Assembly: GCA_035566895.1 (NCBI GenBank)
Contig: DATMQA010000120.1
Coordinates: forward strand, 15,436 to 79,435
Source: Candidatus Binatia bacterium
Lineage (GTDB): Bacteria > Verrucomicrobiota > Verrucomicrobiia > Limisphaerales > UBA8199
Direction: 5' to 3'
DNA: 64,000 nt
Made by a program: the position numbers and the translations under genes. The notes under the pieces are model-generated. The model was not told the DNA's origin, did not search any database, and saw nothing but the letters and a program-made list of their open reading frames with translations. Positions within the stretch are counted from its first letter, which is position 1. Each line of letters starts with the position of its first letter. Shown in pieces: positions 60,101-64,000 of this stretch.

Positions 60101-61705
60101 ATGCTGTTTAGCTCCTACATATTCCTTTTTGTTTTTTTGCCGGTCACGCTGGTCGGTTTTTGTCTGCTGTCCCGATGGTGGGGAGCGAAGCCGGCGAAGA
60201 TCTGGCTGACGCTCGCCTCGTTGTTTTTCTACGGCTGGTGGAATCCCATTTATGTGGGCCTGATCATGGCCTCGATGCTGTTCAACTACTGGCTTGGCCG
60301 GCAAATCGGCCGGGCCATTCGGTCGGGCGGAAGCGGCGGGCCGCAACTTTTCATGGGCGTAGCGGCTAACCTGCTGTTGTTGGGGTATTTCAAGTACGCC
60401 AATTTTTTCGTCAGCAACGTCAATGCTGTCCTGGGCGGCAATTGGGCGGTGGGAAAGGTTATCCTGCCCCTGGGGATCTCGTTTTTCACGTTCACCCAGA
60501 TCGCCTATTTGATTGACGCCCGTCGCGGTGTTGTTTGCGAGTACGACCTGGGTGATTTTCTCTTGTTCATCACATTTTTTCCGCATTTGATCGCCGGCCC
60601 GATTATTCATCATTCCGAGATGATGCCTCAGTTCGCCGAACCAAAGACTTATCGCTTTCAATGGGAGAACCTGGCAGTTGGTCTGGGGATTTTCTCCATC
60701 GGCCTTTTCAAGAAAGTGGTCATCGCGGACGGGTTGAGCGGTCATGCGCTCAAAGTCTTTGACGCCGCCGCGGCGGGAACGGCGATGTCAGCGTCAGACG
60801 CCTGGGCGGGGACGCTTTCCTACACTTTCCAAATCTATTTTGATTTCTCCGGCTACTCGGACATGGCCATCGCGCTGGCGCGCATGTTCGGCATCACGCT
60901 GCCGTTGAATTTCAACTCACCCTATAAGGCGGTCAATATCATCGAATTCTGGCGGCGATGGCACATGACGTTGTCGCGGTTCCTGCGCGACTACCTGTAC
61001 ATCTCGCTGGGCGGCAACCGGCGCGGGACCTGGCGGCGCTATTTGAATCTGCTGGTGACGATGACCATTGGCGGGCTTTGGCATGGGGCGGCCTGGACGT
61101 TTGTTCTGTGGGGCCTGTTTCATGGGGCCTGCCTGGCGTTGAATCACCTGTGGCAGGCGATCTGGACGGAGAGTAGCGCAAGCGTCTCGCCTGGGGGTTG
61201 TGGCGGCGTCGCGTCGGCACGGCCAACAGGGGTGCGAGGCGAGACGCCCCCGCTCACTCGCAGGCGAGACGCCCGCGCTACTTTGCGGCGCTGGCCCTTA
61301 CCCGGCTGGTTGACCTGCGGGCTGGGGCGCTCGCTGACCCTTTTGCTGGTGGTGCTTGGCTGGGTGTTGTTCCGGTCAACGAATCTGCACGCGGCCCAGC
61401 ATTTGTTGGCCGCAATGTTTGGCTTCGGAGTCGCACCGGTGGCCGGTGCTGCCGCTTTGCTCAAGATAAAGATCTGGGTCTGGCTGGCGGGTCTGCTGAC
61501 GTTTGTGTGGTGGCTGCCCAACACCGCCGAGATACTTAGCGAGCAGCAACCTTACCCGGCGGTGCTCGAGGGCAGAACGCTTTCCAGCAGCCGGTGGTGG
61601 GGTTGGCGGCAGAACGCGGCGTGGGCCTGTCTGGCGGGTTTGCTGCTGGCGGCGGCTGTCCTTTCGCTCTCACGCTCCGGTGAATTCCTGTATTACAATT
61701 TCTGA
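60101..61705 (+). CDS. MBOAT-family membrane O-acyltransferase (AlgI/DltB/PatA-like)
   Basis: MLFSSYIFLFVFLPV..., FDFSGYSDMAIALARMFG, and FWRRWHMTLSRFLRDYLYISLGGNR (conserved His region). Confidence 0.9.
   Translation: MLFSSYIFLFVFLPVTLVGFCLLSRWWGAKPAKIWLTLASLFFYGWWNPIYVGLIMASMLFNYWLGRQIGRAIRSGGSGGPQLFMGVAANLLLLGYFKYANFFVSNVNAVLGGNWAVGKVILPLGISFFTFTQIAYLIDARRGVVCEYDLGDFLLFITFFPHLIAGPIIHHSEMMPQFAEPKTYRFQWENLAVGLGIFSIGLFKKVVIADGLSGHALKVFDAAAAGTAMSASDAWAGTLSYTFQIYFDFSGYSDMAIALARMFGITLPLNFNSPYKAVNIIEFWRRWHMTLSRFLRDYLYISLGGNRRGTWRRYLNLLVTMTIGGLWHGAAWTFVLWGLFHGACLALNHLWQAIWTESSASVSPGGCGGVASARPTGVRGETPPLTRRRDARATLRRWPLPGWLTCGLGRSLTLLLVVLGWVLFRSTNLHAAQHLLAAMFGFGVAPVAGAAALLKIKIWVWLAGLLTFVWWLPNTAEILSEQQPYPAVLEGRTLSSSRWWGWRQNAAWACLAGLLLAAAVLSLSRSGEFLYYNF
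61173..61281. repeat. Palindromic repeat element lying in-frame inside the MBOAT coding sequence
   Basis: GTAGCGCAAGCGTCTCGCCTG (61173-61193) versus CAGGCGAGACGCCCGCGCTAC (61261-61281), 19/21 complementary. Internal direct repeat GGCGAGACGCCC at 61238-61249 and 61263-61274. Confidence 0.8.
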
Positions 61706-61706
61706 C

Positions 61707-62774
61707 ATGAACGCGGCCGCTCGCCGTTATGTGCTGCTGGCGCTCGGCCTGGCCGTGGGTTTAGCGGGCGGTCTGGCTCTCTTGAATTACCTGGTGGACC
61801 CTTATAACCGATTTGGCCTTAACCGGCTTGGGGTTTATATCTCGGCCGACCGCGAGTTCAAAGCCACGGAAGTGCGGCGTTATCCGCACAACGCGCTTTT
61901 AGTTGGCAATAGCCGCATGGGCGTGGTTCAGCCCGAACAGCTCAACGGCTTTCGCTTCTTCAACGGCGCGTTCGCGGGCGCGACCGCCGAAGAAGCATAT
62001 TACTTCATTGCCCACTTCGCGCGAACGCAGGAGTTAGTCATCCTGTCGGTTGACCCTGGAGCAGGGGACCCCGCTGAACTCAAAGGGGATATTTTCGGGC
62101 CGGCCAGTTGCACGGCTATCCTGAATAATCTCTTCAACCTGCAGACAGTCGAGTATTCCTTCCGAACAATCTCCGAGCATCTGGCCGGTATTCCGGACCC
62201 CATGCGCGCCGATGGCTCGACGGATATGGCTTTTTGGCTCAAGACCGCCGACCAGGACAGGCCGGCTTACCGCGATTGGCAATTGGAACTACTGAAGCGC
62301 GGCTACGCCACCAGCCTCACCAACGTTACGAAAGCGGGGATGTCTTCCTACAAACGCATCCGCCAATGTTTGCAGGAACGTCGTATTCTCTGTGTCGTGT
62401 GGGTGCCGCCATTGCATGAGGCCATCGCCCAACATCTGCAAACCCAACCCGCTGTGGCCGCCGCATACCAACATTGGAAACAAGAACTCAAAGCCATTTT
62501 TCCGTATGTGGTGGACCTGTCGGGAAGCTCTTACTGTGCGCACGAGAATTTTTTCGGGTCAGACCCGGCACACTTCCGCGCAGAGGCCGGGGCGCGGATG
62601 CTCAATGCCGAAGTGATTCCGGCAGCGCTGCGCATGCTTCGCGAAGGAACGAACACAGTAAAACACGTTCTCAGAGGAGCTGACGGTACAGAGCGAGGAC
62701 CTTCTCCACCGGCGCCAGCAAGGAGAACCGCGCGCTCAGGCGCTGATGAAGGTCGATTTTTTCCAGCAGGCTGA
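61707..62774 (+). CDS. N-terminally anchored extracytoplasmic protein, probable partner of the MBOAT (DltD/AlgJ/PatB-role candidate)
   Basis: The ATG is 1 nt after the MBOAT stop. Signal anchor YVLLALGLAVGLAGGLALL. No family is recognised with certainty. The 3' 104 nt overlap the convergent GT4 gene. Confidence 0.6.
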   Translation: MNAAARRYVLLALGLAVGLAGGLALLNYLVDPYNRFGLNRLGVYISADREFKATEVRRYPHNALLVGNSRMGVVQPEQLNGFRFFNGAFAGATAEEAYYFIAHFARTQELVILSVDPGAGDPAELKGDIFGPASCTAILNNLFNLQTVEYSFRTISEHLAGIPDPMRADGSTDMAFWLKTADQDRPAYRDWQLELLKRGYATSLTNVTKAGMSSYKRIRQCLQERRILCVVWVPPLHEAIAQHLQTQPAVAAAYQHWKQELKAIFPYVVDLSGSSYCAHENFFGSDPAHFRAEAGARMLNAEVIPAALRMLREGTNTVKHVLRGADGTERGPSPPAPARRTARSGADEGRFFPAG

Positions 62775-63888
62775 GGCGCCGCCGGGCGGCCCAATGCGCC
62801 AGCGCGCCGGCGAGTTCGTCCACCTTCTCCGGCTGGACCAATTGGCCGTAATTGCCTGCGCTAAAAGCTTCGGGAATCCCATCCAGCGCCGAGGCAATCA
62901 CCGGTTTGCCGCAGGCGAAGGCTTCCAACAGGACGCCGGGAAAAGCTTCGGTCCCCACTTGTGGATGGACCAGGCAGTCGATCGCATTCATGGCCGCAGG
63001 CATATCCTGGCAGTACGGTGTCAGCCAGGCCTTGTCCTTCAACCCGAGTTGGGCGAGGTCGTGCTCCAACAGGTCCTTCATGTTGCCGCGTCCGACCACG
63101 AGGAAACGCGCTTCGGGGATGCTTTCGTGCACTTGTGCGGCCGCCCGCAAGAATTCGCGCTGACCTTTCCCGCGCGGCAGGTCGTAGCCGCCGATGACCG
63201 CAAAGGCAAAATGTTCCGGGGCCAGGCTCCAGGCCTGCCGCTGGGCCGCGGCATCGAACGGGCGGAACCGCGCCGTATCAATGCCGCCATGGATGACGTG
63301 AATTTTGGAGTGGTCGCCCAGCAGCGGGGGACGGCAGCGGCGCTCCGGTTCCGGGGAATCCGGTTCGCAGGCTCCTTCGCGGAGCACTTTGGCCACAAAG
63401 TGTGACACCGCAATCAGCGCATCGCATTGCCCGAGCAAAAACCGGCGGCTGAACCAGGAGCTGGGACTTTTAGCCAGGTGGCGGGTGAGGACAATTTTTG
63501 GGCGCACACCGGAGAGTCTTGCGGCGAGGATGGCCGGCCAGAGGTCGCGCCCATGATGGCCATGGACAATTTGGATGCGTTCCTGGCGCAGCAGTTTGGC
63601 CGCGCTCAAGATGAACCGCAGTTTGAGCGGTCCTTCCGGCGGGGTGGGATGGAACGGCAGGCTGAGGTCGCGCACGGCTTTGGCAAGCTCGCGGCCGGCC
63701 GGCCCGGCAATCCAGACCGACTGGCTGAGTTGGCGCAAGCCGCTGGCCAGCTTGAGGCACTGGTCGTCGGTACCGCCACCGGTGAGGAGCGAATTCAAAT
63801 GCGCCACGCGGACGAGCGAAGGGTCAGCAGGCCGAGGAGCAGTCACGTGATGAGGGTTGCCGAAATCCGAAGCAAATTCAAATGTCAC
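62671..63888 (-). CDS. Glycosyltransferase family 4 (GT-B)
   Basis: VAHLNSLLTGGGTDDQ... and C-terminal EAFPGVLLEAFACGKPVIAS (E-x7-E region). GTG start at 63888. Confidence 0.82.
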   Translation of the reverse strand: MTFEFASDFGNPHHVTAPRPADPSLVRVAHLNSLLTGGGTDDQCLKLASGLRQLSQSVWIAGPAGRELAKAVRDLSLPFHPTPPEGPLKLRFILSAAKLLRQERIQIVHGHHGRDLWPAILAARLSGVRPKIVLTRHLAKSPSSWFSRRFLLGQCDALIAVSHFVAKVLREGACEPDSPEPERRCRPPLLGDHSKIHVIHGGIDTARFRPFDAAAQRQAWSLAPEHFAFAVIGGYDLPRGKGQREFLRAAAQVHESIPEARFLVVGRGNMKDLLEHDLAQLGLKDKAWLTPYCQDMPAAMNAIDCLVHPQVGTEAFPGVLLEAFACGKPVIASALDGIPEAFSAGNYGQLVQPEKVDELAGALAHWAARRRLSLLEKIDLHQRLSARFSLLAPVEKVLALYRQLL

Positions 63889-63934
63889 AATTGATTAGAA
63901 TCTTACGCGTGCTCTCACGATTTTGCGACGTCAG

Positions 63935-64000
63935 TCAGCGGAGGGCGTGCACCACGGCATCATCGGCCGCAAAGAGGCGAAATCCGTGCCCCTCCAGGTA
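63935..64000 (-). CDS. 3' end of an unidentified gene continuing beyond the right edge
   Basis: The minus-strand frame is open from the window edge to TGA (63937-63935): ...YLEGHGFRLFAADDAVVHALR*. It is too short to identify. Confidence 0.3.
   Translation of the reverse strand, partial: YLEGHGFRLFAADDAVVHALR

Noticed and set aside
1-64000. Mobile elements, prophage, genomic island or defence system (restriction-modification, toxin-antitoxin, CBASS, retron and similar)
   Set aside because: I recognised no integrase, transposase, recombinase, phage structural gene, nuclease/helicase defence module, tRNA attachment site or long terminal repeats. The only repeats are short intergenic palindromes. 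The orphan genes (43816-44580, 32218-32619, 23830-24054) show no toxin or defence motifs that I can identify.

Overview
GC-rich 64-kb chromosomal window. It is most likely from a Verrucomicrobiota/PVC-group bacterium. This is inferred from three prepilin-type '[24 protein letters not shown] ... H-X9-DG' proteins, a beta-propeller/Y_Y_Y sensor kinase next to CAZymes, and characteristic intergenic palindromes. I support about 57 protein genes. I saw no rRNA, tRNA, CRISPR array, transposase or integrase. Left to right: (1) housekeeping genes: ppiD-like, rluA-like, argF-argD, TauE exporter + tandem USP, xth, nitrilase, and a fused metX-metW. (2) A polysaccharide-utilisation-like locus: GH31-like, two secreted proteins including DUF4832, a prepilin-like protein, and a divergent propeller histidine kinase with a LuxR-type regulator. 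(3) thrC, then pyrB-pyrR with a structured leader, then apbC and an IpdC-like TPP decarboxylase. (4) An atypical suf cluster: sufD-sufU-sufT-sufS-DUF1858::rhodanese-iscU-like, with no sufBC. (5) GH27 alpha-galactosidase, a phosphoesterase::PQQ-propeller fusion, udg, ppx, a membrane methyltransferase and two divergent prepilin-like paralogs. (6) DAHP synthase. (7) From 45.2 kb to the right edge, a large glycan-biosynthesis cluster: diacetamido-uronic acid pathway genes including a WbpB::WbpD fusion, a GT10 fucosyltransferase, a nine-gene translationally coupled operon with duplicated aminotransferase/acetyltransferase modules and an AsnB-like amidotransferase, FkbM, and an MBOAT with its partner. 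The most interesting signal is not in the ORF track. A 16-codon leader peptide, MSRQNFASAYWYYFTS, lies upstream of DAHP synthase together with alternative 1:2/2:3/3:4 RNA pairings and a strong intrinsic terminator. This is a candidate aromatic-amino-acid attenuator. Other notable items: a strictly 10-bp-phased GGTTACC array in a 657-bp non-coding gap in front of the glycan cluster; a palindromic repeat inserted in-frame in the MBOAT gene; catalytic-residue substitutions in the rhodanese (Cys->Asp) and RluA-like (Asp->Glu) proteins; and a family of long intergenic hairpin elements.
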